Below, piece by piece: positions 1 through 8,201 of a stretch of 32,000 nt of DNA. The position numbers and the translations under genes were made by a program. Below the pieces are notes generated by a model, which was not told where the DNA came from, searched no databases, and saw only the letters and a program-made list of their open reading frames with translations. The stretch lies in NCBI RefSeq assembly GCF_000007185.1, contig NC_003551.1, forward strand, positions 900,001 through 932,000, given 5' to 3'. The stretch comes from Methanopyrus kandleri AV19. Its GTDB lineage: Archaea; JAADCQ01; Methanopyri; Methanopyrales; Methanopyraceae. The stretch's first letter is position 1. Every line of letters begins with the position of its first letter.

Positions 1-397
1 TCCGAGTCAGCCGTCGGTGGAACCTCGCGGCCAGCTCCCCTAACTTCACCAAGGATTCCACCTCCCATCCCTCGTCGATCCCCACCGGGGCCAGCAGCAC
101 CCGTCGACCCTCCGCTTCGAGCACCGTCGACCGGCCCGTGAACGGTAGGTCCAGTGCGTCGACAAGCTCCCGTACACACCGTCCCGATACCGCCCCCCGC
201 ACCGCCGCGTCCAACCTACCCTCGACGAGGTCCTCCACCAACGCCCGCCCCGGGTCCTTCGCGCGTACTTCCTCCACATCCGCGTCGAGCTCGACGTTGT
301 GGTACACCACGACGTCCACGTCCGCGCGTTCCACGGCTTCCAGCACGCGCTCCGCGGCACCAGGCACGTCGCCGGACAGCGCTATCCCGACCCTCAT
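1..397 (-). CDS. Partial CDS (first 132 codons; continues past the left edge). Possibly MtxX / phosphate-acyltransferase-like methanogen protein.
   Basis: Absent from the ORF track because it has no stop inside the window. Hand translation of the minus strand from ATG at 397-395 gives MRVGIALSGDVPGAAERVLEAVERADVDVVVYHNVELD...LDAAVRGAVSG...RVLLAPVGIDEGWEVESLVKLGELAARF with no stops. GGGGGTG and GGAGGT lie 7 and 17 nt upstream. The family call rests only on remembered VRG and PVGIDEG motifs. Confidence 0.5.
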   Translation of the reverse strand, partial: MRVGIALSGDVPGAAERVLEAVERADVDVVVYHNVELDADVEEVRAKDPGRALVEDLVEGRLDAAVRGAVSGRCVRELVDALDLPFTGRSTVLEAEGRRVLLAPVGIDEGWEVESLVKLGELAARFHRRLTR

Positions 398-992
398 ACG
401 GACACCCCCGGCGACCTCCACCCCTCCCGGAGAACTTACCGTCCACGGTCCGACAGCGACCGGCTCGGGCACGCGACCGCGCTCCCTGATGACCGTCCGG
501 GGCGCCCCTCCGACGCGTGGCTGAACGTCACACGTCTCCGTGCGTCACGACGGCATCGCTATTAACCGGCGGGCCCACCCGGGACCTCCCGGGAGGGTGA
601 GGAGAGACGGCCCTGGCCGACGTCGATGAGGAGGCTCGGGCAATTCCGACGGCCTCGCCCTCTCGGATTCCCTCGAGAGGCGACGGTCGGTAGTACCACT
701 TACGTACGGCTTCCGCACGGTCGTCGAAGGACCGTATGGTGGTCTACGTATTACCATCCGGCTATCGTCGTATAGTGGGTGCGATCTACCACTACGGTCT
801 ACGTACGGCTCGCATACCGTCGGCGCATCGTCGTCCGACGGTTACGGGACGGTTGGGTCGGTGAAGGGCATCGCAGCGACCGCCCTGCCGACCGTCCGAA
901 ACGCCACGTGTTTGGCGGAAAAGGAACCTGTTTCTGAAATCTATTCGCGTTGGAGCCGGTGTAGTCCCAGGATTGGCGGTACGATGAGTTCT

Positions 993-1520
993 TCAGAGGA
1001 TCTCCCAGCGTCGGTCGAACGCGTTCCACTGGAGATGAACGCGACGTCTTCGGGCTTTCCGGATGATCCGCTCGGTTTCTTCGGGCCCCTCGGTCTCGGC
1101 CGCGGTGGCCGCACCGTGGACCGCCCAACCGTCGCCGAACAGGGAACCGTCGGGAAGCGGTGTCGCACGGTACCGGGTTGCGAGACTCCAGAGTCGACCG
1201 AATGGATAGCGATCGGGTGGGTTACGAGCCACGACGGTGGGAATGCCCTCGGGACCGGTCAGCTCGAGGCCGAGCTCGACGGCCTTCATCACGGTCTCCG
1301 GCTCCACGTCGACGAGTAGCACGGCGGCTAGGAGCAGGCGGTGTCGGTACACCAGCATAGCGTGCGGTCGGAGGTCGAGGGTGAGACGGCGCTGGAGGAA
1401 GCGATCGAGGAACGTCGCCGCTACCCTTCGAGCTTCCGGCGGCGGTTCCCCCTCGATCCTGTCCCTCCAAACCCGGGAATCACGCCGCAGCAGGATTCGA
1501 AACAGGAGGGCTCCCCCCAC
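993..1520 (-). CDS. Hypothetical protein (175 aa).
   Basis: GTG-started ORF with GC-rich third positions and protein-like composition (..LLLAAVLLVDVEPETVMKAVELGLELTGPEGIPTVVARNPPDRYPFGRLW..). The overlapping plus-strand ORF 861..1319 looks less protein-like. No family recognised. Confidence 0.45.
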   Translation of the reverse strand: MGGALLFRILLRRDSRVWRDRIEGEPPPEARRVAATFLDRFLQRRLTLDLRPHAMLVYRHRLLLAAVLLVDVEPETVMKAVELGLELTGPEGIPTVVARNPPDRYPFGRLWSLATRYRATPLPDGSLFGDGWAVHGAATAAETEGPEETERIIRKARRRRVHLQWNAFDRRWEIL

Positions 1521-1573
1521 GGAGCGGTGGACGTTTTAACGTCCGAGGTCACGGGGCGCCGGGGGTGCGTGCG

Positions 1574-2758
1574 ATGTCGCGGGTGGTTCTCGCGTATTCA
1601 GGAGGCTTGGATACCTCGGTTTGCATCGAGCTCCTGCGGGAGCGGTACGGGTACGACGAGGTGATCACGGTGACCGCGGACGTGGGTCAGCCGGAGGAGG
1701 AGCTGCGGGAGGCGGAGGAGAAGGCACGGAAGCTCGCGGATGAGCACTTCACGGTCGACTGTGTGGACGAGTTCGTGTGTGAGTACTGCTGGCGAGCCGT
1801 GAAGGCGAACGCGACGTACGAGGGGTACCCTCTGAGCACGGCGCTGGCCCGACCGCTGATCGCGCAGAAGGTCCTGGAAGTGGCGCGTGATGTGGACGCG
1901 GACGCGGTCGCACACGGGTGCACGGGGAAGGGCAACGACCAGTTCCGGTTCGAGTCGTATTTGCGGGCGCACGGCGGTGAGGAGTTCGAGATCGTGGCTC
2001 CGGTTCGGGACCTGAACCTCACGCGCGACGAGGAGATCGCGTACGCCGAGGAGCGGGGTATCCCCGTCCCGGTGGACGTCGACAGTCCCTACAGCGTGGA
2101 CGAGAACCTATGGGGTCGATCGATCGAGGGCGGCGTCCTGGAGGACCCCTCCGAGGAACCGCCGGAGGAGGTCTTCGAGTGGACCGTCAGTCCCGCGGAG
2201 GCCCCGGACGAGCCCGAGGTCGTGGAGATCGAGTTCGAGGACGGCGTGCCCGTGGAGGTGGACGGGCGGGACGACCCGGTCGAGATCGTCCGGTACCTGA
2301 ACGAGACCGCGGGCGAGCACGGCGTGGGTCGCATCGATATCATCGAGGACCGGGTGATCGGGCTGAAGTCACGCGAGGTGTACGAGGCACCGGCGGCGGT
2401 GACGCTGCTCGAGGCGCACCGGGCGCTGGAGGCGTTCACCCTGACACGCCGGGAGCTGTCGCTGAAGGCCTCGCTGGAGGAGGAGTGGGCGCGACTCGTC
2501 TACGACGGGCTGTGGTTCAACCCCCTGCGCGAGCACCTGGAGGCCTTCTTCGACTCGACGCAGCGGCACGTGGAGGGGACCGTGCGCGTGAAGCTGTTCA
2601 AGGGCTCCGCGACCGTGATCTCACGGGAGTCCCCGCGAGCGCTCTACGAGGAGGAGTTGATATCGTACGAAGAAAAGCAGTTCGATCAGCGGACGGCCGA
2701 AGGAGCCGTGAAGCTTCACGGACTCCAGGAACGGTTGGCTTTAAGGCGTCGTGGGTGA
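1574..2758 (+). CDS. argG: Argininosuccinate synthase.
   Basis: MSRVVLAYSGGLDTSV N-terminal ATP-pyrophosphatase motif, ..HGCTGKGNDQFRFE.., full length ~395 aa. ATG 1574 was chosen over track start 1565 because GGGGGTG lies 6 nt upstream. Confidence 0.95.
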   Translation: MSRVVLAYSGGLDTSVCIELLRERYGYDEVITVTADVGQPEEELREAEEKARKLADEHFTVDCVDEFVCEYCWRAVKANATYEGYPLSTALARPLIAQKVLEVARDVDADAVAHGCTGKGNDQFRFESYLRAHGGEEFEIVAPVRDLNLTRDEEIAYAEERGIPVPVDVDSPYSVDENLWGRSIEGGVLEDPSEEPPEEVFEWTVSPAEAPDEPEVVEIEFEDGVPVEVDGRDDPVEIVRYLNETAGEHGVGRIDIIEDRVIGLKSREVYEAPAAVTLLEAHRALEAFTLTRRELSLKASLEEEWARLVYDGLWFNPLREHLEAFFDSTQRHVEGTVRVKLFKGSATVISRESPRALYEEELISYEEKQFDQRTAEGAVKLHGLQERLALRRRG

Positions 2759-2831
2759 GGCTCGGCGCGCTCCGTTCCGGTCATCCCCGCGGTCCCCGAT
2801 GCCGCCTTCCTCATCCGAACGTCACCCGGCG

Positions 2832-3947
2832 TTACAGGTGCTCCCGTATCCTGTCGTACAGCATCGCGCCCGTCGCGATGAACACCGTCGCGAACACCAC
2901 CAGGACGGCGATGTCGACGGGGTCCAGGTAACCCAGGAGGGCCGCCTTCCTGGCGGCGTCCCCCATGTAGTACATCGGGTTCACCCGCGCGACCTCGTAG
3001 GCCCACTCCGGCATGACGCTGGGTGGCATGAAGATCCCCGACAGGAACATCATCGGGGTCGTCAGCGCCCCGGTGAGCATCTCGGCGACTTCCGACCGAC
3101 CCGCCAGCGACGCCATCAGCAGGGCGAACCCGATCATGGTGGCGGTGGACAGGATCCCCACACCCAGCAGGAGGAACGGGTGCGGCACCTTCGCGCCCAG
3201 GGCGAGCGCCGTCACCAGCACGATCCCGCAGCGGACGGCCCCCCAGAGGCTCATGTTGAGGAACCTGCCTATCACGACGTCCCTGGGCCTTATCGGGGCG
3301 GCGAACAGCGCGTAGGTGACGCCGGTCTCTATCTCCTCCATCATGACGCGACCCATGCCGAAGATCGACCCCATGGTGGCCGTCAGCACCACCAGTCCCG
3401 GCACCAGGAAGTCGAAGTACTTGAGCCCCTTCACCGGCGCCTCGAAGTCGAACGGGTTCCCGGGCACTCTCGAGATCGGCGGCTGGGGCGCCGGCATCCA
3501 GCGGAAGGCGGCCTGGAGGTCGCGCACGACCTTCTTCATCTCCTCCGAGACGCGCTTGACCCAGGCGCGCTGGATGACGCCCCGCACGTAGTTCGATCCC
3601 ATGGGGTCCGAGGGGTCGTAGTACACGGTGGCCTTATCCGACGGGAACCCCTTCGGAACGTACACGAAGACGACGGCCCTGCCCTCCTTGACCATCGTCT
3701 TACCCTCGTCGACGCTCCGGACGTGGACGACGCCCACCCGGTCGTCGGACTTCAGGGCGTCGAGGACGGGGTCGAAATCGGAGCTGTGGCTCAGGACGGC
3801 TACGGTCACATGCCTGGGCTTGACGTCGTGGAACGCGCCGTACATCACCAGGATCGTGATCACGGGCATGATCAGAGTGGGCGCGAGCCTCCTGCGGTCC
3901 TTGAGCCAGGCCCTCAGATCGCGGACGGCTATCACTCGCCAGGACAA
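2832..3947 (-). CDS. ABC-2 type transporter permease.
   Basis: 371-aa ORF with an N-terminal TM segment, a large loop and about 5 C-terminal TM segments, typical of ABC-2 exporters. It is coupled to the upstream ATPase. An alternative GTG start at 3935 forms a GTGA overlap with the ATPase stop. Confidence 0.85.
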   Translation of the reverse strand: MSWRVIAVRDLRAWLKDRRRLAPTLIMPVITILVMYGAFHDVKPRHVTVAVLSHSSDFDPVLDALKSDDRVGVVHVRSVDEGKTMVKEGRAVVFVYVPKGFPSDKATVYYDPSDPMGSNYVRGVIQRAWVKRVSEEMKKVVRDLQAAFRWMPAPQPPISRVPGNPFDFEAPVKGLKYFDFLVPGLVVLTATMGSIFGMGRVMMEEIETGVTYALFAAPIRPRDVVIGRFLNMSLWGAVRCGIVLVTALALGAKVPHPFLLLGVGILSTATMIGFALLMASLAGRSEVAEMLTGALTTPMMFLSGIFMPPSVMPEWAYEVARVNPMYYMGDAARKAALLGYLDPVDIAVLVVFATVFIATGAMLYDRIREHL

Positions 3948-4669
3948 GAGGCGACCCCCTCGTAAGCCTCGAGCACGGAACCGTGACGCTCCATCACCTC
4001 GTCGAAGGGCTCGTCGAGCTCCTTGCGACCTTCGAGGAAGATCAGCACCCGGTCGGGTCTCAGCTGCTCGACCTCGTAGACGTCGTGGGAGACGTACAGT
4101 ACGGTGGTCCCGCGGCGGTGGAACTCCTTCGTCACCCGTATCACGTCCCTACGCGCCATGGGATCGAGCTCGTTCGTGGGTTCGTCCAGGACGAGCACCT
4201 CCGGCTCCAGAGCGAGGGTGATGGCGATCGCGGCGCGCTTCCGCATACCGCCGGAGAGCTGCCCCGCCTTCCTGTCCATGAACCGATCCACCTCGAGCAT
4301 CTCCAGGGGCTCGGGGTCCGGCTCCCGACCGTACAGCTTGGAGTAGAACCGGAGGTTCTCCCGGACGGTCTGCTCGGGGTACAGACCGCCCTGCTGCGGG
4401 ACGATACCGACCCTGCGCTTGATCTCGGGGTCGGCCGGATCGCCCCCCAGCACCTCGATGCGGCCCGAGGTGGGACGCGTGACACCGCAGACGATCTTGA
4501 TGAACGTGGACTTACCGGCGCCGTTGGGCCCCAGGATGGCCACCAACTCCCCCGCCTCTATCTCCACGGACACGTCGCGCAGCGCCACGACCTCGCCGTA
4601 CTCCTTCCTGAGGTCCTCCGCGACGATGGCGGGCGGCATCCTAGATACCCCCGAACCGGCGCCGGTCAT
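3932..4669 (-). CDS. ABC transporter ATP-binding protein.
   Basis: Walker A GPNGAGKST, signature LSGGMRKR and Walker B LVLDEPT are all present. The start may instead be Met-11 (4639). Confidence 0.93.
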   Translation of the reverse strand: MTGAGSGVSRMPPAIVAEDLRKEYGEVVALRDVSVEIEAGELVAILGPNGAGKSTFIKIVCGVTRPTSGRIEVLGGDPADPEIKRRVGIVPQQGGLYPEQTVRENLRFYSKLYGREPDPEPLEMLEVDRFMDRKAGQLSGGMRKRAAIAITLALEPEVLVLDEPTNELDPMARRDVIRVTKEFHRRGTTVLYVSHDVYEVEQLRPDRVLIFLEGRKELDEPFDEVMERHGSVLEAYEGVASCPGE

Positions 4670-4796
4670 TCCTTCAGGAAGGTTTCACACCCTTCACGCC
4701 GAGGGAACCGGAGGGTAGCGATGGGGTCACCTCGACGTAGACCGAGGCCGTAAATGCTCACACATCCCACGGCGATATGTCGGGTTTTAGGGCGCG

Positions 4797-5510
4797 CTAC
4801 GTCCCGTGCCTCAGCCTCCAGTGTTCGAGTTCTAACCCCACGTCGGGGATCTCGTACCTCCCGTCGAGGGACCTCTTTCTAGAACGGATCACCTTGCGGA
4901 GGTGGATCGAGTAGTGGGCGGGCCATCCCCCGAGGGTCCTGATCAAGAACGACTCGAGTCGATCGGGGAGTTCCTCGAGTAGATCCCGGATTCTTGGTGA
5001 CTCGGAGGGTCTCGCGTTGAAGGCGAGGCTCAGTCCGCGGGCGAGCACCCTTCGAGCCCGTTTGTATGGCAAGTCCGAGACTTCGGCGAGTAGTGTCTTG
5101 AGGACCGAGCGGAGGTTCCTCATGAGGTGTCGCGCGAGCTCGAGGACCTCTCCCCGATCCAGTGAGACCAACCACTCGACGAACCGGACGCTCTCGTTCT
5201 CGGGCTTACCCAGGTAGAGCGTGCGCCCGTGCTTGAACCGCGAGTCCCTCCGCCAGCGGGCCACGTAGTACGGGCCGCACGTGCTCCCGCCCATCGTCCG
5301 GTACGTGACCTCGAGACTGGGCTTCTTCCCACGACGGTAAGCCTCTCGGAGTACTCGGAGTGCCCGGATCCTTTCCACGGGGTCCGAGGGTATCGGGACG
5401 TGAGCGTGCGACGTGATCAACCCCGGTACGTAATCCCCCGATGTGCCTCCGAGTTGTATGGAGGCAGGGGTGAAGCGGCACCTCAGGATATAAGTCTTGT
5501 CGTCTCCCAC
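4797..5510 (-). CDS. Orphan basic protein, possibly DNA-binding (island gene A).
   Basis: 237-aa GTG-started ORF rich in Arg/Lys. It carries a ..CGPYYVARWRRDSRFKHGRTLYLGK.. motif followed by a helical region. It is divergent from island gene B across an AT-rich spacer. No family recognised. Confidence 0.6.
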   Translation of the reverse strand: MGDDKTYILRCRFTPASIQLGGTSGDYVPGLITSHAHVPIPSDPVERIRALRVLREAYRRGKKPSLEVTYRTMGGSTCGPYYVARWRRDSRFKHGRTLYLGKPENESVRFVEWLVSLDRGEVLELARHLMRNLRSVLKTLLAEVSDLPYKRARRVLARGLSLAFNARPSESPRIRDLLEELPDRLESFLIRTLGGWPAHYSIHLRKVIRSRKRSLDGRYEIPDVGLELEHWRLRHGT

Positions 5511-5662
5511 GGAGGTTCCCGACTTCTGCCATACAACTTTACTCGCTCGGGAAAGCGACCGGTCGCGGCGGGGCGGTTTAGAACCCCCTCGGAAAAATTA
5601 CTGCGGGAAACGGTCCGGCAAGCGTCTCCCCCCTACGCGGACGGGAGCTCCACTCCACTTCG

Positions 5663-5678
5663 TTATAATTGATTTAAA
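5663..5678 (+). promoter_or_regulatory. TATA-like box upstream of island gene B.
   Basis: ttataattgatttaaa sits in the 230-bp AT-rich divergent spacer, about 63 nt before TTG 5741. A GGGGG run at 5728-5732 could act as the SD. Confidence 0.3.
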
Positions 5679-5740
5679 CTAGTCAGGAATCTCGACACCG
5701 GACTTTCTGTAAGGAAAATAGCACTTCGGGGGAAGAGTAA

Positions 5741-6190
5741 TTGAAAGCTCAAATACCGAAATTTTACGCCTTATGTTACCCACTAATGTATTCGATTTCG
5801 GGCTTTATTATAGCTACACTTACCGCCTTAAATGTGGCGATTCCGAGAGTCTTCTGGAGTATACTTTTAAGCTTATATGTGATATCACACGTCGGTATCG
5901 TTACGATAATAATCCTTATATCCAAGCTGATATCACCCAGTAGAAAGCGTAAGTTTTACAGAACACTGGCCTTTGTATATGCTGTACTGGGCTTCATTCC
6001 ACCCTTCGCCTGGCTCCTCGGCGGGTTCGCCTGCCACCGGATTAACCTGGATCTCCGCGAGCGAGGTTGCGCATCGGAGCGACACACGCCCAGGTACGCC
6101 GTACTGACGATCTTGACCCTCGGACTCTACCAGTCCTACTGGTGGTACGTAACCACCGAGGACGTCAACCGCTGCCTCCGACGCGAGTAA
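5741..6190 (+). CDS. Small ~4-TM membrane protein with a DUF4234-like C-terminal helix (island gene B).
   Basis: Hydrophobic segments FIIATLTALNVAI, ILLSLYVISHVGIVTIIILI, LAFVYAVLGFIPPFAWLLGGF and AVLTILTLGLYQSYWWY. The last resembles the T-x-G-(I/L)-Y-x-x-Y-W-W-Y motif of DUF4234. TTG start; Met-16 (5786) is an alternative. Confidence 0.65.
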   Translation: MKAQIPKFYALCYPLMYSISGFIIATLTALNVAIPRVFWSILLSLYVISHVGIVTIIILISKLISPSRKRKFYRTLAFVYAVLGFIPPFAWLLGGFACHRINLDLRERGCASERHTPRYAVLTILTLGLYQSYWWYVTTEDVNRCLRRE

Positions 6191-6683
6191 GATGTTGGCT
6201 CGGTCGCGCCGACTCTTTCCCCGGACGATGGACCGTCGGGAGATCGTGGATAAGGCCTATCGCTGTTCCATACAATAGAAACTTCGGACACAGTTGCGGA
6301 GGGTCGACGTGGACTGTCGTCGAGTCACCGGCTTCGAGTTCTACTCGTCGATGAGCTCACACCGCGTCTTCCAGTTTCGTTCCCTTACTGAGAAGGTCGC
6401 GCTCCCACGACCTCACGTCCGATACACGTTCCGCCCCGGGACACGTCCCGTACGGGGGAGTGTCACCCGCCTCGATGAGCGTCGGTCGGACGGAACACGT
6501 ACCCCCGGTTTCCACGATCCACCCGTTCGGTCGTACTGTCTACCGCGGGCTGACATTCTCATTGTAACGTTAACGATTCGACCGTTACTTTTCATCGGAA
6601 GGGAAACTCTTTTTACCCTTCGAACGGTGGGGCGACGTGCGAACCACTCGGCGGCTAGCCCCCTTCCCACTGGGGGGAGGCAG

Positions 6684-8201
6684 GTGAGCCGTCGGGTGGT
6701 CACCATCCCGGCGCTGATCGTACTCTTCACGGTCTTGGGACCCGTCGCGGCCGGTCCCGTGAACCTGTCCCAGACCAGCGGTGGAGAGCGCGTTATCGTC
6801 GCCTTCAACCCCGATGACCCGAACGCGTGGTCCGCAGTCCATCGACACCCTGTAGGACTCGAGCGCGGACCCTGGGCCGGCAACTTCTACGACGCGCGCT
6901 GTTTCCCGAACGAGGTTACTACGCACGGTACCAAGTTCGTCTTCGAGAAATCCGGTGGGCTAGTGTACGGACTGAAGGTAGAACCCGGTGATTCGATCAC
7001 CCTACCCGAACCCGCGAGCGTGGTGTCCGTCGCGTACGCGGCCGTATGCTGGTGGGAAAACGGACAACCCTTCAAGCGCGTCACGCTGATAGTGGAAGAC
7101 TCACACGGTCGTCAAGCCACCACCAGTCTAACCCTCGCGGACTGGTGCGCCCGCGCGTTCTCACCACACGCCCCAGACCACAACTTCCTCGTTTGCGAGT
7201 TCGACCACCGGCTGAGCGTCGAGGAGCGGAAGATACGCTTCTTCATCATTCCCATAGGGATCACCTGGAAGTGGCGCGTTGCAGGTCTGAAGTGCGGCGT
7301 ATGGGCCTTCCGGTTGAGCGCGAGCGAGCTGGGCCTCCGTGACATCACGAGGATCGAGTTCCGATACGGAGATGGGCACCTGTACATCCTCGCAGTCACC
7401 ATCACCCCGACCGGACCGTTCGACGACATCGTGGGCGGGCCGAACTGCTCGGGTACCACGGTCGGCCCGGACGGCATGGACGAGGTGGGCTCGTGCTACT
7501 GGGAGGGTGAGTGGCCGGCGAGGTTCGGCCACACGACCGTGACCGCGAACGGCGTGCCCTTCCTGATCCCACCCGCGAGCGGCCCGAACGCGCTCCTGGC
7601 GAACGGGCGACTGGTCGAGCTCCCGCGACCTGCTCGCACGGTCTGGTTCCTCTACGCGGCCACGAACTGGTGGTTCGGGGATAAGCCGTACGGACCCGTG
7701 GACCTCGTCGTGGTGGACGATCGGGGTAGGACCGTCACCGCGCGCGTGCTCCTGGTGGACTGGTGTGCGCACGACGTAGTTCCCAACAACATCGAGGTCC
7801 TGGCGTTCAACCACCGCGCGATCCCAGGTGGCCTACAGTCCATACACTGTGGCGTGTGGGCGTTCGAGCTCGATGCGGGCCAGCTCGGTCTCCCGAACAT
7901 CAAGGCCGTGTACTTCCCGAGCATGGGGCGGCGGAAGGTCTGGATCCTCGGCGCCACCCTGGACGGTCAGCCCGTCGGTCTAGGGGAGCTCAGGCCCCAC
8001 AGGATCTCACACCCATGGTCCGGGTTCAAGAGGGGTGTCGTGTACCCGGGCGGCGAGACCCTGGACGGGACCTTCCTACTACCCTCGGAATGTAGAAAGG
8101 TACAGAGGACGCCGATCGAGGGCCTAGCGGACGGTAACGCCGAGCGGCCTCTCGAACTCGAGGACCGAGGACGGGAGCGTCATCTACGTACCCGTGGGTA
8201 A
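6684..8201 (+). CDS. Secreted orphan protein with two copies of a Cys/Trp-rich domain (island gene C).
   Basis: GTG 6684 follows GGGGGGAGG (6672-6680) and opens a signal-peptide-like MSRRVVTIPALIVLFTVLGPVAAGP. The track start 6294 would add 130 Arg-rich, non-protein-like residues. The two internal paralogous domains lie at about 6879-7409 and 7494-7961. Confidence 0.75.
   Translation: MSRRVVTIPALIVLFTVLGPVAAGPVNLSQTSGGERVIVAFNPDDPNAWSAVHRHPVGLERGPWAGNFYDARCFPNEVTTHGTKFVFEKSGGLVYGLKVEPGDSITLPEPASVVSVAYAAVCWWENGQPFKRVTLIVEDSHGRQATTSLTLADWCARAFSPHAPDHNFLVCEFDHRLSVEERKIRFFIIPIGITWKWRVAGLKCGVWAFRLSASELGLRDITRIEFRYGDGHLYILAVTITPTGPFDDIVGGPNCSGTTVGPDGMDEVGSCYWEGEWPARFGHTTVTANGVPFLIPPASGPNALLANGRLVELPRPARTVWFLYAATNWWFGDKPYGPVDLVVVDDRGRTVTARVLLVDWCAHDVVPNNIEVLAFNHRAIPGGLQSIHCGVWAFELDAGQLGLPNIKAVYFPSMGRRKVWILGATLDGQPVGLGELRPHRISHPWSGFKRGVVYPGGETLDGTFLLPSECRKVQRTPIEGLADGNAERPLELEDRGRERHLRTRG

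Noticed and set aside
487-524. C/D-box-like TGATGA (488-493) followed by CTGA (521-524).
   Set aside because: The spacing is 27 nt, there is no C'/D' pair and no terminal stem. This does not fit the compact archaeal C/D sRNA layout.
747-758. 12-mer cgtattaccatc matching the reverse complement of 11792-11803, considered as possible terminal inverted repeats bracketing 0.7-11.8 kb.
   Set aside because: A single 12-mer match is expected by chance many times in 32 kb compared against itself. The enclosed region contains housekeeping genes (argG, ABC exporter). The flanking similarity (cgtcg.atagt) is too weak.
2751-3965. 404-aa plus-strand ORF, the longest in this region.
   Set aside because: It is exactly antisense to the ABC-2 permease. 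Its product is a His/Arg/Gly/Asp/Pro-rich low-complexity string with no motifs. It is a typical shadow ORF of a high-GC gene.
3983-4753. 256-aa plus-strand ORF.
   Set aside because: It is antisense to the ABC ATPase, which carries unambiguous Walker A, Walker B and signature motifs. The shadow ORF has Arg/Leu/Gly-biased composition.
6294-6683. 130-codon N-terminal extension of island gene C given by the ORF track.
   Set aside because: It is Arg-rich and non-protein-like (..RRVDVDCRRVTGFEFYSS..RPVRGSVTRLDERRSDGTRT..), unlike the acidic proteome. A strong GGGGGGAGG SD and a signal peptide begin at GTG 6684. I treat the ~490 bp upstream as non-coding.
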